Origin: Octopus vulgaris
Taxonomy: Eukaryota
Assembly (NCBI GenBank): GCA_951406725.2
Contig: OX597817.1
Location: forward strand, 4,960,001-5,024,000
Direction of reading: 5' to 3'
DNA: 64,000 nt
In this document: in pieces, positions 27,785-39,995 of the stretch
Layout: each line of letters opens with the position of its first letter
Numbering within the stretch: the stretch's first letter is position 1
Made by a program: the position numbers and the translations under genes
Notes under the pieces: generated by a model
Databases searched by the model: none
Seen by the model: the letters and a program-made list of their open reading frames with translations, nothing else
What the model was told of the DNA's origin: nothing

Positions 27785-28176
27785 TATGCATATCTATGAA
27801 TATGTATGCATATATATATAATAAGTATTATACATATATATATGCATTTGTATAATATATATTTGATATATATATATATACATTATATATAATTATGTAT
27901 ATATGTTATATGCATACATGCATATATGAATATGTAAAATATATGTATATGTAAATATTATGTGTGTGTATGTATACACATGTAAATATATTAGAAGATC
28001 AGCTTAAGGGATGAAACGAAAGGTTCTTAATATTACATCTCCGATCTGACCTCAAACTGTTCGCTATTTTATGTACTGTATTAATTTGCAGCACCTCGTT
28101 GAAAATGTATTCATAATGAAAGTTAGTATTCGTAGAATATATTTAATTAAAGTTCTCTGCTCACACACACACACAC

Positions 28177-28216
<40 letters not shown>

Positions 28217-30348
28217 TCATATACATATACATACACATACAACCACATGTATATATATATATACACATGTGTATATATATATGTGTGTGTGTGAGTGTGT
28301 ATAAGTATACGCAATGAGTGTTTCATTTAGATTTCCTTTTAGGACATCTAATTAAGACCGGATATAAGATGGAGATATTTTTTCTTTTATCATCTCTTGC
28401 TATAGACTTCATTAGTAAAGCTTTGTGTGGGATTTCTTTCAAATGCATTTCTAGATTGCAGTAATTCAACATAATTTGTAAAGGAGTACCTTTTTCAAAC
28501 TACCTTGCAACTGTCTCCCAGGTATGCACTTACATTTGCACGCACAACAATATGCATATGTGAGAAACACTCACCTATCCCTTACTCTATCTCTCTGTGT
28601 CTGTTTTGTTGTCCTCCATTCTGTTGTATACACACGCATTCAGCAACATACAGATCCTCACATTTACACCCACACACAAGAAATAGAAAAAGGGAGACTG
28701 TGTTTTAGCGAGTCAAACGTGCATACCCACTTATAGAGGTGTATATACTAAAACACGATGTTATAAGATATTAAATAGCACGGAAAATTTTTAATAAAAA
28801 TAAATTCAAAAGTCAATATAAAAAATTATATTGGTATTAATTAAGAACACTCATCGAGCTGTCAAAGCTGATAGAATTTCTTAAGTAATTTATTTAGTTT
28901 TAATTTGAATATCAGATACTTCAATTAATTTTAAGAGATTAGATTGAAAATTACAGGAATTTTCGACCAAACATGGGATTTAGAACTAAATATAATTTCC
29001 CAAATTGTGGCTAAACATTCAAACCATGAAATCTAATATTTCATTGTGATAAACTTGTTTTACTTTCATTATTTCTTCATTTTAAATGTATATTATTTAC
29101 AATTTTACATAGAAAATCGAGACAGCCATTGAAACTTACATATATTCGTACATTTCAACACAAGAGTGTTATTAAATGCCAATATTTGGTCTTACATCTG
29201 CTTATAGTTTCTACAGTTTCACTGAAATATAATGTCTGTGTCTGTACATGTGTGTGTATGTATAAGTGTAATTCCATCTGTGTGAATGTATGTAAATATG
29301 CAGAGTGTCTTCCTGCACTTGGCTAGATTTCCATTTATAAGTACATTTATTGACCTACACCTGAACACTAAGCAGTGATAGATCAAATTGCAATGTTATT
29401 ATCAGTCCGAATATACTTGATGCACATTCGAACTGGAGGAACAAGCTACTCACTGCGTTTTGTAACGGAGAATATATCTCGCTTGTTGACAAATGTTGTG
29501 TATACACCTAGATCAGCTCGCAGCGTCACCTACCTAGACTGTGAGATGTTAACATTTCGGAGTAGTTATCTCCTCACTTATCACAGACAGTAAGCAGACG
29601 GCACGTATAGCGCTGCCAGTCATCGCACGCTGACAGGAAAAGTATAGGAAAGGTAGTATTTTAATTCTGCTCGCTGTGTCGTCTGCTTAGTGTTTGTGTC
29701 CAATAAGGTGATAACTACATAGAAATGTTAACATCTCACAATCTATGTAGATGTCAGTGCGAGCTGGTCTAGGTGTATACACACCATTTATCAACAGGCG
29801 ACATATATTCTCCGCGACAAAACGCAACGAGTAGCTTTTTGCCCATTTCGAACGGGCATGAAGCATATTCGGAATAATAATAAACATTGCAACTATGGAA
29901 ATAAAATGTAACCAAGAAGCAGCAACACTAATATAACTTTGTGTATATAAGAAAATCAAAAGCAGTTGTGGTATTTCTACGAAACGGTGGGCTGTATTTC
30001 TATATGAGTATGTGTATGTGTGCGTGTGTATGTGTGAGATATATATACACATATATTTATATGTGTGTGTCTACACTTTATTTGTGGGTTAGCAAGGCTA
30101 CCAAGTGTTTCATATAGAGATCTCTTTACAAATTTCAAGTGTGTTGTATGAGAACGTTATTACTGGTACATGAGACTGCACGGGGTTTCGAAATGAATAA
30201 TTATTTAAACACAGATAATGGGAGTTCATTTATAAGGAATTCTTAATTGTTTACTCCTTTTTGCAAGGAATTGTCTTCATCAAGTATTAATTGGTTTTTT
30301 AATCATCTTTCGTTAGAACGATGGTGCACGTCCAAATTTATAAATATA

Positions 30349-30749
30349 GATACGCAGGAGTGGCTGTGTGGTAAGTAGCTTGCTAACCAACCACATGGTT
30401 CTGGGTTCAGTCCCACTGCGTGGCATCTTGGGCAAGTGTCTTCTGCTATAGCCCCGGGCCGACCAATGCCTTGTGAGTGGATTTGGTAGACGGAAACTGA
30501 AAGAAGCCTGTCATATATATGTATATATATGTATATGTGTGTGTTTGTCCCCCTAGCATTGCTTGACAACCGATGCTGGTGTGATTACGTCCCTGTCACT
30601 TAGCGGTTCGGCAAAAGAGACCGATAGAATAAGCACTGGGCTTACAAAGAATAAGTCCCGGGGTCGATTTGCTTGACTAAAGGCGGTGCTCCAGCATGGC
30701 CGCAGTCAAAATGACTGAAACAAGTAAAAGAGTAAAAGAGTAAAGAGTA
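30349..30749 (+). mobile_element. Full-length tRNA-derived SINE (duplicate of 17197-17597)
   Basis: Near-identical sequence inside the duplication. Confidence 0.88.
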
Positions 30750-30878
30750 ATATATTTACTTATGGACATAGGCACAAAATACACACACATGCATACAGAC
30801 TCACACACATTCATACACAAACAGATACACACACACATACACGAACAGACACACATGTACACACACACACGTGCATAA

Positions 30879-30936
<58 letters not shown>

Positions 30937-31312
30937 ATAAATAGATTAGAAAATTAGTCAATTGTATGCGTAGGTGCATTACTGATCAAGCAACTATCAA
31001 AATGTCAGGCCCATACTACAACACAATATTAGGTAAGTCCAATTTTAAGAGTATTATGACTGTATAGGTCTTGAAGTGTTCAGATAAACAAAACAACTCT
31101 AGTAACTCTTAAAATCATCTGGTACTTACCGAGCTACTACGTTACGGGGACGAAGATCAACTAACACCGGTTTTCAAGCGGTGTCAGTGTGCAATCGAAG
31201 AGCACATACCTATACAGATATATAATTACATACTTATCTCTTTCCGTGTCTCTTTATCTATCTATTTATCGAAATATCTATCTATCTATATATATATATA
31301 TATATATATTTA

Positions 31313-32039
31313 CGAGATCTGATTAATAAGTATTTAGAATGTTGCCATAGTAACGAAGCTAAAGCACACAGAGTAAAGTCCCATAGCAAAGATTCACATT
31401 AAGTTTTAACGTTCTACCTCACTTCCACTGTTTACAGCAGTGCTTGGAAGGAAGGTGTGTTGCGTGTGGTCGTCGCACTGACCATGGCAGAGAAGGTTGT
31501 CATGGTGATACCTGCTCAGAGGCCTACTCGAAGTTGCAGAAAGTGTATGGAAAGGAGTGTATGAGCAGCACAAAAGTAAGGGTGGTTGAGGCGATTCTAA
31601 GATGGCCGAAAAAATGACGATATTGACGAACGTTCTGGCAGACCCACAAGTACCAGAACTGAGAAAAACATTACAGATGTACGTGCATCTGTGAGGGAAA
31701 ATCGTCGAATCACCATCCGTGAGGATGTGCAGATTAGTTACGGTTCATTAGTTCAGTCCATTATCACTGAAGATTTGGGTATGAGGTGCGTGTGGTATGG
31801 CCAAGCTTTTGGCAAAGTTTGATGCAGATTCTCTGCTCAACTTTCTCTCTCGTGGTCAATGCGACTATCATACGCTTCCTTCCAAGTACTGCTGTAAGCA
31901 GCGGAAGTGAGCTAGAACGTTAAAACCTAGTGCTCATGCACAGCTGAGTTCAAGGTCAATCTGTGCCATGCGGCTTTATTCTGTGTGCTTTAGTGTCGTT
32001 TGTATAGCGATAGTCTGGATATATACTGATCAGACCACG
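31313..32039 (+). mobile_element. Long-TIR mariner deletion derivative (duplicate of 18175-18899)
   Basis: Near-identical sequence inside the duplication. Confidence 0.85.
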
Positions 32040-32184
32040 TATTATATATATATATACACGTCGGTCTTTCACCCAGTTCCCGTCTACCAAATTTACTTAA
32101 AAGGGAAAGTGTCGGCCGAGGCCTATAGTAGGACGTACTTGTACAAGGTGACGTGCAATGAAGCGGATCCCGAAACATCGTAGT

Positions 32185-32224
<40 letters not shown>

Positions 32225-34415
32225 AAGATAGATAGATAGATAGACAGATAGATAGATACTCAGACTGATAAGTTAACAGTGCTAAACAGTAATCTGTATG
32301 AATACAAAATTGTAACCATTTGAAATATTTCTGAAACATTCGAACCCGTTAGGAAGCCATTCGTTGTATTTGGTCCCCGAGAACATTTCTCGCTGTAGAC
32401 AAATAGGTGTAAATATATCGAGTCAGTGCACAGTCAGTTCACAGAAAATTGTAACCAGACAGTTGAGAGCATGCATTTCGGAGTGGTTATCTCCCCTTCA
32501 GCAACAAAGACCGGAAAGACAGATGCTGCGAACTGGCACGAAGAACAGGTCCCTGTTATGTTATTACCGTCATCTCAAAATGACTGACTGCACGATTCAG
32601 TGACTCACCGCAAATAAATGGGACGGGGAGGCAGCGCTAAGCAATGATGTGTACAAGTACAAAACTGTTGCTAGAAATATTCGAAGCCGGAAAAAAAGCC
32701 ATAGAACTTGCATACATAGACATACAGCATGTATGTGTGCGTGTGTGTGTGTGTGTGCGTGTATGTGTGTGTATGTGTGTGTATGTGTGTGTCTATGTGT
32801 GTGTGTGTGTGTGTGTATTCGTTGGAAGTCGTTGCCCACCTTTTATTTTATGCTTTACCTCATAAAGTCCATTAGCCTCAGTCGAATATTCTTTCAGTCG
32901 TGCTCTAAAGACTTGAAACAATGAACTAAAAAACGTGGTCTAAATACATACTTTTCTTTAATATTGCACGTGATACAGTAAGTAGAAGAGCAGTAAACAC
33001 AAGATAGATGTACAAACATTTAGTGTCAAGCGAAATATTCGGTAATTTGTTACTTCTCTCCAAAACTCAACACGATGCAACAAAATACAACGGAAATGTT
33101 TGTTATAATTGCACCGGAAGTTTCACCAAAACCACATTGGACATTTATAGAAATAATTTACCAAGTGAAAAATGACCAAACTCTCCACAGTAAACTTTCC
33201 ACTGTAAATCAACTGCAGCTCAGGTATATGTAATTCTTTAGATGAAAATTTCTAAGAAATGTGCTGATGTATCTCAACAAGGGCCCTTCTGCAGTAAGCA
33301 AATGGGAAAATTAGCTCTGCGTCACAGTAAAGACATTAGGGAACCGAAATCCCTTATTTATACAAATACATTACTTTCAGTGTTCCAATACTTCTGAATA
33401 ATGGAATATAATTAAAGTAAACCCACCAACATATTCTCCTACGTTTTAGAAATTAGATCACCTCATTCAAGCTGTAAAACAGATGCATGTGTTCCTACTA
33501 CAATGAAAAAGGTTTCGTATTAATACAACAGCTAGAAAGCCTAAATATTAAATATTATATGCACAAGAATAAATATTTGTTTTGGCACTTAAAGCTACAA
33601 ACGGATAATTCTTTACGAATGAATATCCGATATCACTTGTACTATTAGAACCTATATATTTGTATTCTATAAATGGCTTTTGAAATAGACGACAGGCCAT
33701 AAATTGCCCTCTGATTAGCACAAAGAGTAATGCAGTAGCTCAGCAATTCAGTAACACAATATATTTCCCAAGCAACAAAGGGTAAAATGATATGGTAAGT
33801 CTTACCTTGGAAATTTACTGGAAGCTTTAAATGTAGATGTTTAAGATATATTTCAGGCCATAGTTTTAACTCGAAATTTTAGCTGGTGCTTGAAAACAGA
33901 ATCGTGGTAGCACAGGGATATAATTGCGATACAAAAACTTTAATAAAGTCAACAACCAATATGAAGTACTTGTTCATTTCCACGTTTAAAATTGAAATTC
34001 CCCCTCCTCTCTCTGTCACTCGTACACATATTAGTGTAGTTCTCCGTTTCAATAAAACAGACAGCTATTCTCATATTACTATATACGAGTATACGTGTTT
34101 ATGTCTAGAGTAATCCCCCGACATCTCGCGGTTTATTATTTAAGCTTACGTCGATTTCTCCATGGTGTTTTGCATTTATGATAAAATAGATATATTCACC
34201 AGGTACTGCTATTAGGTTAGACATGACCTGGGCCTATACTTCTCGAAACCTATCAAAGTTATCAAAGTTAAGTTGAGGGATTACTGCATGCATAAATATA
34301 TATATATATGCGTACATTGAGAAAAAGGAGGTAGTCAGAAATTTGGCGAACTCTTCATTAGCGTTTTTCTTTCGTTTATCGAATTCGTGAAAACAAAATC
34401 AAAATATATGCGTAG

Positions 34416-34463
<48 letters not shown>

Positions 34464-36599
34464 GTACATATATTTTAATAATATAGGGCAAAATCAGTAA
34501 TAACTTTACCAGGTAGCCAGTACATACATATATATGTATATGTATGTATATGAATATCTCTGTTCGTGTTTGAAATCAATATACATATATTTATTAATGC
34601 TTGCAAGTGTCTGCATGTGCGCCTTTCTTTCTCCCTTCTCTCTCTAATTTTATATGGGGGTTCTGTGTGTGTGTGTGTGTAGAAATATTATGGGATATTG
34701 TAACGCCATAACCAGCTAGACGGGAACGGTGAGGTAATTTGTTACGAACTCCCACTATGAGCGACAGGAGAATTATACGATAGTTGTTCTAAAGAAATGG
34801 CAACTATTTAGTAAAAACAAGATAGACCTATGTGTTTTGGGAGACAAATCGATCAGATACAATTATGTCGCTGGAAAATGAGTACTGAATATGATTTGTT
34901 GTCTCCCTAATGGTAACGGAGATAATATAGACGTGATAATACAACGACGTTTTGCTTTGAATGGTTATATTACTGATCAGTATGATGGTAGAGGTGCCAA
35001 GTGGACTTCTTGCTGGTGATGATAATTTTGATGTTGAAGGTTGCGATATTCATAGTCATTATGATGGTCGTGATTTGGACAGTAGTTACTGTTAACTTAT
35101 AGTTATGATGGTGATGCTGGTTTTGCTGATCGCTGTTGGTGATCGGGCCGGAAATAATTGTACCGGCAACAATCTTGATGGTCTTTGAGATATCGGTGTT
35201 GTTGCGGTTGTAGTCTTGATACTTGTAGCGGTGGTACAAATGCTAGTTGGTTTAGTGGAGGCTACCGTAACAGTCATAATATTTCTGTTGGGTGCCCATG
35301 CATATTACGACCAATGATTATGGAATTAAGTACGTTGGCTCCGTAATTCATGGGACAAAATTTGTTGGATGATTTTGTTTGTGTGCAAAATATTTGGCGC
35401 GAGTGTTTCGTTGTTTGTGTCAGTAACCCATATACCTATGCATGCATGTGTGTATGTATGCATGTATGTATATGCGTGTCAATGTATGTGTGCATATATG
35501 TACGTATATATATATGTGTACCCACATAATGTATGATATATATATGCGTATGTGCATGCGTGTATGTGTTCATATGTTCATATCTGTTAAAGAGAATGAC
35601 CTAACTACTAACGTTGAACATACATTTCATGTATATTATTTACCTTATCCGCAGTGTTGCTCTCCAGCTACGATGACTATGTCTATATAATTATATCTGT
35701 ATATAGTTATGCAATCATATACCTATGTATAACATCTCTACTACGCTGCTTCTCTTAAATATCTATTTGGCTTACTTTATATATCATTATAAGTTGATGT
35801 TTGTTCTTGTGCGCCTAAAAATGCACCCTGTAAATATTGTTTTATCTGATATTATAAAGAGAAAACATAAATTTGCCTCCTCGAAAATTGATATCTTTAT
35901 TATAAAGTGAAAACAAAAAAAAAAGAAAATTATACTGCTGGAAGTAGACTAGTGTGACTATTTCTAAAAAAAAAACTGTCAGAGAGAAGAAAACAGAATA
36001 ATTTTACTGAGAAATAATGCGACCTTCTAACCATCACATTGCTGTTAATCATTTCGAGAAATAGACCATAATATTTGTAGATTGATGTGTATGATGTTTC
36101 ACTGAAATACTTCTGAGGAGTTTTATTTTTCAGAAAATTCCAATGTCAATGAATACTGCACGAAAATGCTCCTTACTTAAATTAAATGCTTTATATATCG
36201 CAAAATATCAACACATATTCTACTTGTCAAGCGTTTCTCACTTCTAACCCAACATATATAATCCTAAGATGACAAAAAAATAGCTGAAACTGCGAGCTGC
36301 CTTGACGCAAACAAGTGTTCTGCTTTAAAACTTGCATAGTTAGCTTTGCTAATCTCTTATTAGCCTTAAATACCTTTCAAATAATTTACGACGAAGGAAG
36401 CAATGGTGGTATATTTGGGAAGTAGAACGCAACCCGGTTAGGCATCTCAGAAACCTATTAGTTAACATTACATCTTTGAAAATTTGTTATATACAGAAGA
36501 CTAATAAGCTAAAAGCATTAATTATACCTGTCAGCAATAAAAGTTGGCATATAAACTTCTATAGGCATACTACCTATTTATAAAGAAATGGCAACCTAT

Positions 36600-37300
36600 A
36601 TCAAGGGTTGACAGAGAAGACATTAATTTTACCAAAGCATCTGACACCACAGACTATTCGAATTATACCAAAAACTTAACAAATAGCGTAACTTGGCCTT
36701 TCAAACAAATAATTTCTAATCTCTCCATTATGAATAGGATGCAATTAGAAGGTAAATTCTAAATGCTATAGTTAGAACAAAAGCATACAATATTTCGCTG
36801 ATAATGGAATAAGAGTTCTTCGGTATGAGGATACTTAGACGGGGTTAAAAGCAAACAATATTGATATTTATCAGTACCTATCAAGATGAAGAGGTTCAAT
36901 CAATGGTCACTAATCTACCATTCGGATATGAGTTAACTCCGATGATATTTCTCTACCTTTCGCTATTTCTCAAAGCTTATCTTTCATTGAAAACGTAATA
37001 CCAAAACAGGGGTGTAATAAGTTCGTTAGTGACCTAATGAAATATCCCTTTTGTTTTTAAGATAACTTATTTTTGGCTTAAAAGGTGACGTCGAATGAAT
37101 TGATATCCCAATAGGATATCACAATAAGCAGATTTGCGTGAAATTATCGGAATTTATATTTTGGACCTCCTACATAAAAATATTTCCTTTCTTGTAGGAA
37201 AGATTTATAGAGAAACGACGATTGTATATTCTCACACAACATGAACTGTCAAGAACTAACCAGATTGAGAAAGGACGTCATAGAGCTTTTCAGAGAAATA
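36600..37300 (+). pseudogene. Highly degenerate Penelope-like (Naiad-type) RT remnant
   Basis: IDIPIGYHN..ADLREIIGIYILDLL (cf. FDV.MG..DGAE.CELVG.YIL) followed by RNDDCIF...ELTRLRKDVIELF (cf. YRDDGL...DR.RK.II..F). Confidence 0.55.
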
Positions 37301-37530
37301 TGTGTTAGAATTTTTCTGAATCTAAACTGATATTTAGAAACAAATGGTTTCTACACTTCTGCGAAAAGAATGTTTTATATACCAAACAATTCACCCGTTC
37401 CCAACACACCCTTCTCCAACAATTATAGTTTCCGTGTTTGATAAATACACATATATTATTTATTTTTAAATGAAGATACATTCTATTTTGCAAAATAACT
37501 TTAAATATCTATAATGACTCTTATCACTTG

Positions 37531-37747
37531 AAATTATAGAAAGATGCACGAACATATATATATATATATATGCATACATGAAAAATATATGTATATACTG
37601 ATATGCAGCAATTCTATTTTGTCTATTAATCTGTTGAAATATACAATATTGAAACAGATTAATAGACAAAGTAAATAGAATTGTTGCATATCAGCATATA
37701 CATAGATTTTTCATGTATATATATGTTCGTAGATTTTTCAATAATTT
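37531..37747. repeat. Imperfect ~215-bp palindrome
   Basis: tgatatgcagcaattctattttgtctattaatctgtt is mirrored by aacagattaatagacaaa..aatagaattgttgcatatca. Confidence 0.8.
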
Positions 37748-38322
37748 ACTTACATTCACGGCTTTCATAATTTTCCAAGAACAATTATTGTTCTGAGGCT
37801 AGTCACAGACAAGACTTCACAATGTTAATTAATATGAGAATTTTATGCTACATTTTTTTCATGTTCGTCCGAAGTTCAGTAACAATACACAGTGCACGAT
37901 TTGCGACTTTTAAATAGATTTATTACATAAAGTCGCTTGTGCGAGCGCACACACGCACACGCACACACACACATACACACACGTAGACACGCACTCATAC
38001 ACAACAAAATCATATATATTATGAAAATCACATACTTAATGTGCGTGTGCAAGAGAATAAAAGAATAAGCGTGACAGAGTTTTCTGTTATTTTTGGAAGA
38101 TGATTTAGCTATCAGGAAATTCGTTCGAATGAAAAGAAACATGCACAAGTGTAAGGTTAAATGTCATTTTGTTTATCTTATTGATAATACAAGCATTGGC
38201 ACAAAATATTTGATTGATAAAACCGGAACTACCACAAGCTTGGAATCTCCCTTCGCTATTGGCCGCAGATAAGCTGAGCAACTCTCTTTTTAGATTGGTA
38301 CTCGAATGCGTACAAATATATA

Positions 38323-38555
38323 TGTTTCTTTATTACCCACAAGGGGCTAAACAGAGGGGACAAACAAGGACAGACAAACGGATTAAGACGATTACATCGA
38401 CCCCCAGTGCTTAACTGGTACTTAATTTATCGACCCCCGAAAGGATGAAAGGCAAAGTCGACCTCGGCGGAATTTGAACTCAGAACGTAACAGCAGACGA
38501 AATACGGCTACGCATTTCGCCCGGCGTGCTAACGTTTCTGCCAGCTCGCCGCTTT
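38323..38555 (-). mobile_element. tRNA-derived SINE (second family) with 16-bp target-site duplication
   Basis: Minus strand ggcgagcTGGCAGAAACGttag...GAGTTCAAATTCC...gtcgactttgcctttcatcctttcgg..gtcgataaattaagtacc. TSD tgcgtacaaatatata at 38307-38322 and 38556-38571. Confidence 0.9.
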
Positions 38556-39261
38556 TGCGTACAAATATATAATAGACATACGACCTAGATATGAACTTGC
38601 ACTTTAAAATGTTAACTTCTGTGAAATGTTTTCCTCCGTTTTAGATGAATAGATAGATAAAAAGACAGAAAGATAGATAGATGTGTATAGCTAGATAGAT
38701 AGATGTTCCAGTGAAAACCACAATACAATATAAACACAATAGACCTGATATAATGATCTGAGACAGAGAAGATAAACTGTGATAACATAAAGCTGAAGAG
38801 CAGTGAAAAGAATACTTACGCCGACCTATTTAAAAATCTCCAGTTACTCTATACAGAATACGAGTTCAGGTCCATAACTGTAATTATTGGGACACTGGGA
38901 TATGTAACACACTGCCTAAATACCAATCTGGAGAAATTACGCTTCTCCAAACCAGAAAGAAGAAAGCTAATTCGAAGATTACAGAAGCAAACCATCACTG
39001 GAACTGTAAATATCTGTAAAACTTTCAAGAAGTTTATCATTTAAGTATATATATATACATGAGCATGTCTAGAAATGCAAGTATATGCATGTGAAGACAT
39101 GCATTAAACAAAACATACATACAAACGCATACATACAAACAAGTATACTATTTTGTTGATGTTGAAATTTAAGGTTAGAAACCGGCTCTTTCTCTATTGT
39201 CAAGAAATCTTCAAATAAAACTGAATGATGACATACATACATATATATATACATAAAAAGT

Positions 39262-39585
39262 AAAGACCCTCTATGTTCATGAATGACCATAGGATTGCAT
39301 CTAGAAAGTTACAGGCCGAGGCACAAGTCCGAACAAGCCATTTTATAGAAGACCAGCAGTCAGCCACGCATACCAGCCTCCCCTCTCCACGCCACAGATG
39401 TTATCCAAGGGAAAAACAAAGATCGAAAAGGCTTGGTACCACTGACGTCGCAACTGATTTCTACAACTGGAGCGACGTGAAATAAAGTGTCTTGCGCGAG
39501 AAAGCAACACATAGCGCGGTCTGGGAATCGAACTCACTGCCTCATGATTGCGAGCCTGATACTCTAACCACTTAACTATGTACCT
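39262..39585 (-). mobile_element. Diverged tRNA-derived SINE (third family)
   Basis: Minus-strand head tagttaagtggttagag...gagttcgattccc (A/B box-like). Confidence 0.65.
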
Positions 39586-39628
39586 TCATACGTACATACA
39601 TAGATACCTACATACATACACGCATATA

Positions 39629-39995
39629 TCTATTATATAAAATCCGTTCTGTCTGTCTGTGTGTGTGTCTTCTAGGATCTCGGGCATCCTCCATCCTATT
39701 GCGCTCAAATTTTATATGACACAGGTATCAGGGCGTCTATAAGTTTTGGAAAAATTACAAAAATTGATTCCAGATGAGAATGCTATCGATAAAGTCGTGA
39801 GAACGTACATTTGTACGTGCAAGTACATCAGCTGTTGCGATCGATACTACGCGTACGGGGTCTCAAATTTAAGTTAAATCAGTGTTTCTCAAAGGGAAGG
39901 CCTATGTGGCGGTCGGACAAGGTGCTTTGAGAAAATTTGGTTTAAATATTTGACAACTCAGCACCGTCCATTGGACGGGGGGGGGGGGGGTTGCT
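39629..39995 (+). mobile_element. 5' part of a non-autonomous Helitron-like element
   Basis: a|TCtattatataaaatccgttctgtctgtctgtgtgtg has the typical Helitron 5' TC plus (CTGT)n; no 3' CTAG found. Confidence 0.5.

Larger units (their letters stand above)
21772..34790 (+). repeat. Copy 2 of ~13-kb direct duplication
   Basis: Begins immediately after the gap with the sequence of 8592 and ends at tagttgttct, after which unique sequence resumes. Confidence 0.97.

Noticed and set aside
21772-34790. Biological tandem segmental duplication
   Set aside because: The breakpoint coincides exactly with a 100-N gap, so uncollapsed haplotypes are more parsimonious (not formally excluded).
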